A stretch of 60,000 bases of DNA from the NCBI RefSeq assembly GCF_009834535.1, contig NC_045698.1, positions 9,612,001 to 9,672,000 of the forward strand, in the 5' to 3' direction. The notes under the pieces were generated by a model that made no database searches, had not been told where the DNA came from, and saw nothing but the letters and a program-made list of their open reading frames with translations. Below, one piece after another: positions 50,713 to 60,000 of the stretch. Made by a program: the position numbers and the translations under genes. The stretch is from Camelus ferus (taxonomy: Eukaryota). The stretch's first letter is position 1. Each line of letters opens with the position of its first letter.

Positions 50713-52367
50713 AAAGTTTATGTGTATTTGGAAACGACCAAGAAGTACTTGTCACCAATCAAATGCCTCCCTCAGTTATTTCTGGAGTTGGTTTCATGAT
50801 AGAAATAAGGAAATTACCTTGATACCTAAACCACTATCACTTCTGCATCAGTTCATTTCATCATGGAGACAAACACTGATGGAATAAGGAATCCATAATT
50901 CAGGAAGAATCTACATTTATCTAACAAATGCTCTCTCATGTGTAAAGCCCTGGAGCAGTACTAGAACCATAAACTTGTAGAGTAGAGGGTGCTCATACCA
51001 TGCCCTCATTCTTAAACTTGGGCAGTCTGTTAATTGGTACAAGCCCTCTTGGCTGGTTGGGACCGTGCCCTAGGAGTCTCCAGCTGACATGAATTATTTA
51101 TTAACCCACCTTTAGCTGGAGTCTAGACCAAATTTTATTTTCCAAACAATTGCCTTTTTGTCTGCTTTCATCATAGTGGTTGACCTCAACATGCTATCAT
51201 TTTAAGCAGCAAGGAGAAATATGCATAATTTAAAAAAAAAATAGCCAGAAATGCTTCTTGTCCAATCACTAAAGGTTAATTTTTAACTTTGAGAGAACTC
51301 AATACCTAGTCTACAAGCCCATTCTCAAGGCAAAATGCTAGGGCATTTGCTTATATAACGAAGACTATTGGTAGAAAATACACATTGAAGAGAGAACATT
51401 TTGAATGACACACCTTTTTAGAGTTGGAAGTTGAGAGTTTCTGAATGGAAAATTATCACAGGATGTCACTGTTCCTGGATGCTCCTTGGAATATAAGACT
51501 CATCCTCTTTCTTTATGTCTATAAACATCAGAAACATACATATGTCTGCAATGAAAAGACAAAATCAAAAAGTAAGCAAAATTTCATGTCATTTTCCTTT
51601 TATTTTACTTTTAATTTTTCCTTATTATTCTTATTTTTTCATTTACCATCATCTTCAGAGCCTGATCAACAAGACACCAACCATCTGCTTAAATCCTCAC
51701 AATGCTGCACCTCATATTTTTGTCTTTCCTCCACTGGATCTATTCCTCCCCATTTTTTATGGTCTCTGAGTGTAACATTATTATACATTTATGTCCAAAG
51801 AACTGACATGACCTTCTCTGCTCTAGAAAAACAAGCATTACATTATTCTGCTTGAGGGTTTCTTCTCAACGAAGCAGACCACACTTTTGCTAAAAATTAA
51901 GAGAAATGCCTTCTAATGTGTGCAATAAACTCTGTTAAGAATAAAGCAATGATCACTTCTGATATTCAATAGGTATCATACTTATTTTCAGAAACCTCCA
52001 GGTTTGAGATTAGTGGATTACTGAGGTTGTAATACTCTGTATAAGATCATATTATAACTGAAAAGGAGTTACACTCTATAAATTATGCTATCTTAGAAAT
52101 GGTTATTCATTTAAGCCTCAGATCGCTAAGTCCCTACTTTATCTGCCTACTGCTCTAAAAAAAGTGATATGTCTCAAAAAGTTGCCAAGAGGGATGCCTA
52201 GAACTATTTTTCTGAATAATATTCCTCAGAACACCAGTTATGAGAATTATCAATAGATATTGTTCTAAAAATGAAAAACTATAACCAAGTAGCTTTGAAA
52301 AGCATGGATCCAAACATATTTAAACACGCTGTTTATTGCAGGGCTTCTCTGAGCTTTGAGAGTTCCA

Positions 52368-52762
52368 TAGCCGAGACTGGCTAGATAGATGCTGACCACT
52401 TCTGTTTTCTACTTCTAGACACATAGGATTGCCACATTTCCCAGCTGTCTTATTATTAATGTTGGGGCCACGTGACTGGTTTTATCCAATAGAACATGGT
52501 CAGAGTGATATGTACCACTTCCAGGCCATCACATGTCCCACCTCATTCTCTTACTTGCTTCACTGCTTGGGAAGCTGAATACAAAGGGTCCATTAGGGAC
52601 CCCCAATGAAGCTGCGGGTGGTGGCACCAAAACGAGGGAAGGAACCACATGTTAAATCATACATGGAGGGCCACTTACTACACACATAATCATATTATGA
52701 CCTGAGTGAAACCTGGCTTATATTAAGCCACTGAGATGTTAGGGGTGCTTGTTACAGCGGAT
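52368..52762 (+). mobile_element. Old MaLR LTR (MLT1I/J-like)
   Basis: ccacatttcccagc...ggggccacgtgactgg...ccacttccaggcc...taagccactgagatgttaggggtgcttgttacagc. Confidence 0.75.
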
Positions 52763-53486
52763 TTGTGATAGCCACACAATTGCCTTTCTGGCTCCATTTT
52801 GGCAACAAATTAATATTTCATAAATCTACTTTAATCATTGACTTTCCTCTTCAAATGCTTTTGTGGGCTTTATGTTAACCTTATGAAAGATTTGAGCAAC
52901 TATATTCAGCATTCACAGCCCGCCTCCATCTGGGTGTGGTCTGACACCCTCCTCCTTGGGTTGAAAGCTCACTCCAGCGGACCCACTGTGAATAAAAGGC
53001 CACTTCCATGCTCCCTTCCACGACGAAATCCCGCAACATCACAGTCACGCGTAAAGGTTCACTTTGCAGACTAAATCCAAAGGCAAGGTTCTAGTTCACA
53101 GTGCTCTTTCTTTACTGTAAATTGTGCTTCCTGCCTTTCATTTTTATATATTCATATTTTAGAAAACTGCTCAGTCAATCAAAAAAATGCTTATCAGACA
53201 TCTATTCGGTATCAGGTACCAGACTAGGTCCTGAATATAGAGTAGGAAAACGAAGGCTCTGATCCCTGCTCCCCATGAAGCTAACATTCTAGAAATAAAC
53301 TACAATTTCTCAGAAGGGGCAATGTCTTACTGCCCTTTTTTAAACGTCTAGTACATAACATAATTCACTGAGGATACTCAACACATGGAAGTGTCATTGC
53401 AGTTGTCACCTTGGCAAGACTTTCCTTTAATTATATATTCTCTTGCGTATTTTCTTTGCATTCGTCTGTTTTTTGCCTAAGGAGAC

Positions 53487-54082
53487 TATGGTAGCCACAG
53501 TTCAAAAGATATGCCCAGAAAATCCCCGTCCCTCGGTCTTTCAATTAAAACACTAATCTAGGCACTGCTCTTAAGGATCTCTGCAGATGTGAATTAAGGC
53601 CCTGAACCAACTGGCCTGGAATAGATAAATCACCCTGGGCTATCCAGCTCTGCTTAACATAATCACACAAGCAGTAGAAGGCAGAAAAGCCAATCTCAGA
53701 GATGCAGCAGAAGGGGAAATTAGATATTTGAAGAATGAAATTGCTGGAGACAGGCCACATAAAAGGCAGCAAAAGAATGGTTGTCAGCTTGGAGGAGCAA
53801 GTCTGGCCCCTGCCTGACAGCCAGCAAGGAAATAGGGGGCCCTGAGTCCTACGACTACAAGCAACTGAGTTCATCCAACCACCTGAAGGCTCTTGAAAGC
53901 AGATTCTTTCCAAGAGCCTCTCGGACCTTGATTTTGCCCTTATGAGTCTCAAAAGAGAGGACCAAGCTGAGCCATCCTGTGCTTGGTATTTTGATCTGCA
54001 GAGCAGGGAGGTAATACACTGTGTTGTTTTTAAGTCACTAGTTTGTAGTAACTTGCTATGGCAGTGATTGAAAACTAACACA
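53487..54082 (+). mobile_element. MaLR LTR MLT1E-like
   Basis: aaacactaatctaggcactgct...ctgacagccagcaaggaaat...tgtgttgttttaagtcactagtttgtagtaac...aaactaacaca. Confidence 0.88.
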
Positions 54083-54319
54083 GATTTATTAATTTATTTA
54101 TTTATTCTTCAAACCACACAGGTGGAGTGACTGGTGTGAGCAGGGCTATAGGTAGTAGAAATACAAAGCTACAAAGACACGGCCCCGGGACTTTCATTCC
54201 CATAGCCGTTGCCCCACCCTCTGCAGTGTCACAAGCTACCTGGCCATTCACCCTCCACTGGCAACCTTGAGGTGTCTCCTCTGTCCCTGTTGGGGTGATG
54301 TCAGAGGAGATCTAGTGAG

Positions 54320-54478
54320 GAGTCAGGATTTTCTCATCAGAATCCTGCAGTAATGAGGCCAGCCCTCCTTGGTGTCCGTGGCGACCACTTGGGGATCCCA
54401 AACTCCCAACCCCGGCAGCAGTGATGAGGAACCCCTCTCCACCAAAGGCCAGTGGAGACCAAGTAAGGAACCTGAGCC
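54320..54478 (+). mobile_element. Probable old L1 (L1MC/MD) 5'-region fragment
   Basis: ccacttggggatcccaaactccc...gcagcagtgatgaggaacccctc repeat-like motifs recalled from L1M 5' regions. Confidence 0.4.
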
Positions 54479-54960
54479 AAGAGAAAGGTGAGTTTTAAAG
54501 AAAAATAAAACAGCGTCCAATCCAGCAGAAAAATCAAGTAAAATTATGGCTTCAAAAAGTGTACTGTATGTTATTTTGAGACTATTCATAGCTTTAAACA
54601 TTAAGTGATCTGCAGTAGATAGCGGAGGGTGTAGGTGGATGATGGTATAATTGTAATTTATGTTATGTAAGACGTAAATACAGAATATAAAGTGGTTTAT
54701 CTTCTCTTCTGTTTTTTGTTTTGTTTTGTTTTTAGGAAACTTGGCTATGAAGACAAGGCACAGAATATAGCTAGAAGTAGAGGGAGGGATGTTTGTTATA
54801 CAAGACGGGAGAAATTTAAATATATTTCCACCATGAAGAGAGAGATTCTTCAGAGAAAAAGGGATGAACAACTGTAGAGCAGGAATGATTGACTGTGGAA
54901 GTTCTCCAGGAGACCATGAGGACTCCAATTACTAAGGGATTAGCCTTGGACAGGAAAAGG
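54476..54960 (-). pseudogene. Decayed L2 ORF2 reverse-transcriptase fragment
   Basis: ORF 54323-54928: PSTSSYILCLVFIAKF ~ SPSSYRPISLLPFTAK; PPLSTADHLMFKAMNSL ~ HSTETALVKVTNDL; IILLDFSAGLDAV...THLSLG ~ ILLDLSAAFDTVDH...LSSLG. Confidence 0.7.
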
Positions 54961-56417
54961 CTTCCATCCCTTTTGAGATCTCAGAGCAGGGAAGAATGCT
55001 GAGCAGAAAGACATATGTTTTTAGTGGCAGGGGATCCAGTCAACAGAGTGCTCTCTCAATGGCTTTGGGATTTTCTCAGTAGGTTAGAGATGCTGTAATT
55101 TGCAAATAGTAAAGAGGAAGAAATGTAAGTGTTTTTAGGGTAGTCAAAGACATATACTGAGCCAATATAATTAAGAAGTAATTCTCTGATCAGTAATTAT
55201 AATAAATTAAAGCAACAATGTCTTAGTTTTTTTTGAGCACTCTCATTATTTTTGAAAAATAATTTCTTCTCGTCCTTTGTAATAAAAAAGAACATTAGTA
55301 AAATTGCAATGCTTTGCTAGTGGTTTTAAAAAAGTGAATTATAGCTCTGCCATCTCTGCCAGGTATTTTCAGCCAATTTCTACAATTTATTTGGGAAGAA
55401 AACCAAAAAAAAAAGAGCCTATTTTTAACTACACAATCAGAAAAGAAAAATCACTGAATAATAACATCTCTCTACCTCAGTCAGCACTAGGCTGCATCAT
55501 TACTTATTGGTAATAAATGTCACATTCCCCTTTCTTACCCCCTCTTCCTTTTCTTCTTTGCTGTTACAAACTGTGGATGGGCTTTGCTGTCCTAGAGGAG
55601 AGAGGTCTGGCCTTATTCTCAGTAACTGGAGATACACAGCCTGTTCAGCAAGTGTCTGAGAGGCAGAACCAACACGTGGGAGCCCAAAGACAGTGAAGCA
55701 GGAAGGGAGCGTGTTACCATCACAACAGCCAGTCTTATCAGTAAGTCCCAGGAGAGAAGTGAATGGAATAAAAATGTGACTGAAGACATGTAAGACAGCA
55801 AAAGCCTGGTTAAAGGACTCTTTGACTAAAACAGAAAAAAAAAAGTGCTGATGCCACCCAATAGTACAGAGGTGTCTTCTGCTGTTGCCCTATGGCCTGG
55901 CTGCACCTGAGCACAATTCTAGATACATTTCCAATCCTAATCCATCAGCATGATTAAGTATGCCCAGCAAGTACTAAGGTGTGCCAGACGCAGTGTGATG
56001 CTAGGTACAATTGCTCATTCGTTACCATGGATTATAACTGAACACCAAGCCTGAAGCAAAGTCACACATAGAACACCCAGAGGCAGGCTAGAGACAGGAA
56101 ACTCTTGCATGTTTTTCCATAAAGTAATAGAGCACCTGGTTGTATTATTACCCTTTCCACTTCACCCACCATAAAAGGAGTCATTGGATGATTCTGGAAC
56201 AGAGCCAGGTGATCCTTGCCCTGGTTCCACCACAGTTTGGTTCAAGGCTACTTCAAGTAACTTGACCTCTTTAAAACTCAGAATTTCCTAAAAGAGAAAA
56301 TTAAACTGGATCTATGGTTTGCTGAGATCCAGATACATTCAAGAATCAAATGGAAGTGATGGGCCCCACCTTGATCTCAGATACTTCATGAGCCACTTCA
56401 ATCCAGCTATGGATCCA

Positions 56418-56857
56418 TTGTGGGTTGAATTGCATCTCCTAAGAAGATATGTCTCCAGATACCTGTGAATGGAACCTTATTTGGAAATTGGGTCTTTGCA
56501 GATGTAATCATGTTAAGAAGATGTCATACTGAAATGGGAGAGAGAGGGTGGTTTGTCCTAAACCTGATCTGCTGGCATCCTTATAAGAAGAAAAGAAGAG
56601 TCACAAATATACCATGTGATGATGGAGACAGAGACTGGAGGGAGGCACCTACAAGAAAAGAATGCCAAGCATTGCTAGAAAATACCAGAATCTGGCAGAG
56701 GCAAGGAAGGCTCCTCCCCTAGAGCCTTCAGAGAGGGCATGGCCGTGCTGACACCTTATTGCAGATGTCCAGCCTCCAGAACTGTGTGAATAAATTTCTG
56801 TTGCTTTGTGCTGCCCAGTTTATGATATTTTGTTAAGCAGCCTTCAGAACTAATACA
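56418..56857 (+). mobile_element. MaLR LTR MLT1B/C
   Basis: gtgggttgaattg...acctgtgaatggaaccttatttggaaattgggtctttgcagatgtaat...ccagcctccagaactgtg...gaactaataca. Confidence 0.9.
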
Positions 56858-57185
56858 GACCTCACACTGAATCCCCAGACAAAGTGACTGTTAGTTCTCT
56901 CTGTCTCTCCCACTTGCACACACTTCATCAGCAAATCTTTTGTTAGCTTTACCTGCAGATTGTATCCAGAGTCTAGTTCCCTGATCCAAGCCACCATCAA
57001 TCACCTCTTGCTTGGATAGTGCAACATGTGTCTACCTTAGTCAGAGCTGGGCTGCACCATTACTTACTGCTAATAAATGTCATGTTCCTCTTTTTTGCCC
57101 AGCTCTTCATTTTCTTCCTTCCCTGTTCCAAATCAGTGCAGTTGTGTTTTCCTGCCCTTGGTACTTGCATCTCTTTCTTCTCAAC

Positions 57186-57540
57186 CAGGGGCTAGCAAAA
57201 TAGGACACATGAGCCCCGCCTCAACCAAAGATTCTAGTTAAGGAGATTTTCCAGGGGAACTCCAAGATCTACTTTGTTTTTATCTGCTATGTGCTATCCA
57301 GTGTCAAGTCTCTTGAGAGTTTACATAGAAACTGCTTCCTGGAACCCCTTGTGTTTACAAACAAACTTTGTTTTTAAAATAAAGTTTTATTAGAACATAG
57401 CCATGTCTATTCATTTATATATTGTCCATAGCTGCTTTCATGCTACAACCTCAAAGTTGAGCAGTTGCAATGGAGACTATACAGCTCACAATGCCTAAAC
57501 TATTTACTATCTGGCCCTTTATAGAAAATGTTTGCCCCCG
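57186..57540 (+). mobile_element. MER58A with an internal insertion of about 150 bp
   Basis: caggggctagcaaa start; aaataaagttttattagaacatagcc...tatttactatctggccctttatagaaaatgtttgcc end; near-TSD ttctcaac / ttctagac. Confidence 0.8.
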
Positions 57541-58089
57541 TTCTAGACTATCTGTGACTTTTTCAGCAACCCATTGGAACTAGCTAGATTATCTCCCAAC
57601 CCTTGGTACGATAAAATCAATAAAATTGATTTAGCTATAAAATCAGCAATAAAACAGTAATCAAGTCTGAAGACACTTCATTTAAAATTTATTCTTTTTT
57701 TTTTCACTGTTTCCCAATTAGCTACCTGGTAAAGTTACGTGTAAATCACTGTGATTATTACACATATGTTCTACAAACACTTAGACTTTGCCAGTGGCCA
57801 CTCTTACAAGTTTCTCCGATGAAAGTATTCCTGATACATGCCATGACAAGAGTTGCCACTGTTGAACTGTCAGCCATAGACTCTCATTCAACGGATTTTC
57901 AACAATGATGATAGCCACGCTGTGCACAAAAACAGAATTGCTAATTATGTTCCAGTAGAGACATGTCAGTGGACAATATAGATGTACTTCATGCTGTCAT
58001 GAAGGGTCCAGTCAACTGGGTAACCCAGAAATCAAACAAATATTAGTATAAACAATACCTACTTGAATTTGTCTTACATGCTAGAAAGG

Positions 58090-58370
58090 ACAGTGAAGGA
58101 TTTGCAGAGCAACTGGAAGAGGTGAATCAGTCTTAGCTGATAGTGAGGGAGTAGGTCACAGGAGGCTTCTTTGAGGAAATGACATTTAAACTGAGCCCAG
58201 TAGGATGCATAGGTGTTAGCTGAGCAAAGACGGAGCATTTGCCATGACCCTGAAGCAAGAGAGAGCTTTGATCAACTGCAGAAAGTCCAGTGTGGCTGGA
58301 GAGGAGTGAGCAAGGTGGAAATGATGTCAGACAAGACTGACGAGGACTGCAGGTGCCAGATCAAAGACAG
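58090..58370 (-). mobile_element. L2 fragment
   Basis: ggaggcttctttgaggaaatgacatttaaactgagccc...ccagtgtggctggagaggagtgagcaagg. Confidence 0.7.
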
Positions 58371-58377
58371 TCCTCCA

Positions 58378-58950
58378 CAGAGTTGGCACACTTTGTCTGT
58401 AAGGGCCAGATGGTTGGTATTTTAGGCTTTGTGGACCAAGTAGCGAAATCAAGGATATTATACAGGTACTTTATATCAGGAAAGAGAAGAAATTCTCACA
58501 TTTTTATGACAAAAATCAAGACACAATAATAGTAATTATGAGGCACAATTTTTTTTTGGTAATGAAAAAGAAGAATGGAATTATTTTGCAAGGATAACAT
58601 TTTGCTTAGGGCTTCAAACTTCCTATGATTAAAAATGATTAGATTTTCTGTGCTTCATCTCTGAAAATGTCTTTTCACACTTATAAGGTACTACCAAATA
58701 CTGATACAAATCTATGAGCATATGATCTCACAGGAGTGTGTCTATCACTTGGAATCAGGCATTTATAGAATCCTATTAGATTCTTCTCTTGCTATTTGCC
58801 TTTTAGCATACCATTATGTTGCAGATGAATCATTTCCAACTGAAAATTAGGTGGAAGCTTCTCAATTGAACAGTTAAATGGATTTTGAAAAGCAAAGTTT
58901 CCTTCGCACATGCATTGAGGTCTGAAAAGCACTACTGGAATTGTAGACAG
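58378..58950 (-). mobile_element. hAT-Charlie (Cheshire/MER58-family) end with a decayed transposase C-terminus
   Basis: TIR-like cagagttggcacact; minus-strand translation FQNPFNCSIEKLPPNFQLEMIHLQ...K*QEKNLIGFYKCL...FVSVFGSTL*/CEKTFSEMK resembles the hAT dimerisation region, with stops and a frameshift. Confidence 0.85.
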
Positions 58951-59726
58951 ACTCTGCTGAAAGGTCATTTGTTTTACTATATTAAATGACGCTGGATAGG
59001 CTTTCTTATTAAGTCCTACGGGGATAAAAATAGAAGATTCTAGATCACAATTAAATGGTAGCTTTTTTTAATCTCATATGCTATGTAATTTTGTCTATTT
59101 TTTTAATTTTTTACCTTATTCCTTTAGTAGAAACCTAACTTTTGGCTCTCCACAATTCAATTTATGTGGTATATTCTTTTTGTTTTGCTTAAGTTTCGTA
59201 TATACAAAAACTTACATATATATACACCAACCTTGAAGAAAAAATGATCAGGAAACACAGAACCAACAATTCAAGTTGTGAAAGATTTGAGCTGGAAATA
59301 TGTAACTTCCTAGATCTTCTCTCTCTTGCTATTCTCACAGCATTTCCCACCATAGGTGAGTTCCTAGCACAGATTTTCCTTGACTCAAGATTCTGTTTCA
59401 AGAACCTCAGAGGAACTTTGCACCAAATGATTCTAAACACTTAGATGGCAATAAAGACAGCGAACAAGAGTTCATTATAACAGTTTCACAGAACTCAATC
59501 CTACAGAGCATAATGAAAAAGAGAAGTTAATGAATTTTTTCAGTCTGCTGAGAAAACATCTCACACACTGGCATGACTGGGTGGAGAGATTTACTGTGAT
59601 TGTGCTTCTCCCTGTGCCAAAGCGTGATCCCTTCAAAGACAAGCAAAGGAACAAAAAAAATAAAACAGCATTGTCAGATGGACCTAAGAGCTGGGTGTTG
59701 AAGGAAAGAAGGTACCTTTAATAAAT

Positions 59727-60000
59727 ATGTCTGTTTAAGCTTTCTAGCGTCACATAACAAACTACCATAAACTCAGCCGTATGAAGCAATACCTGTTCAT
59801 TAGCTCACGTTTCTGCAGGAAAATCCAGAGTAGTGTGACTGGGTTCCCTGCTCAAAGCTGAAACTAGTGGGCTGAGTTCTCACCTGGGGGCTCTACGGGA
59901 AAATCTGCTTCCAAGCCCATTCTTGTTGGCAGAAGTCAAGGACTACAGATTGAAGGACTGAGGTTCCCACTTCCTTGCTGGCTCTCAGCTGGGGTCTCTC
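59727..60000 (-). mobile_element. MaLR LTR (MLT1E/F-like), runs off the window
   Basis: cataacaaactaccataaactcagc...ttagctcacgtttctgcagg...aatctgcttccaagcccattc...ggactgaggttccc. Confidence 0.8.

Noticed and set aside
57859..57895. Possible miRNA hairpin (ctgttgaa...ttcaacgg)
   Set aside because: The stem is only about 8 bp with a large loop, too short for a pre-miRNA.
1..60000. ORF-track entries as host protein-coding genes
   Set aside because: All are 201 aa or shorter, many start at non-ATG codons, many lie in repeats or microsatellites, and none resembles a cellular protein. I could not build a consistent exon chain.
1..60000. CRISPR array, defence island or other prokaryotic/viral system
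   Set aside because: There is no repeat-spacer periodicity, operon structure or gene density. The sequence is clearly mammalian repeat-laden DNA.

Overview
This is eutherian mammal genomic DNA, AT-rich and CpG-depleted overall. It is most likely a cetartiodactyl, tentatively a camelid, judged from a lineage-type L1 3' end and the absence of Alu, B1, Bov-tA, PRE-1 and Can-SINE elements. I find no supportable protein-coding gene, RNA gene, CRISPR array or prokaryote-type system. The few ORFs in the track that resemble real proteins are decayed L1 ORF2 and L2 ORF2/RT, and I also translated a disrupted hAT transposase C-terminus by hand. The window is a dense mosaic of old repeats: about 23 solo LTRs (MaLR MLT1, MLT2, ERVL, ERV1) in both orientations, plus L1, L2, MIR and DNA transposons (MER5A, MER20, MER58, MER8, Cheshire-like). 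This fits an intergenic region. The best non-repeat signals are a CpG-retaining patch with a CCAAT box and a consensus splice donor (12781-13175, candidate unannotated promoter/first exon), other CpG-retaining patches, strong RFX X-boxes, a young solo LTR lacking a TSD, and a poly(A)-only insertion with a 14-bp TSD. Repeat family names come from recalled consensus sequences, not a search. Boundaries are approximate unless termini or TSDs are quoted.
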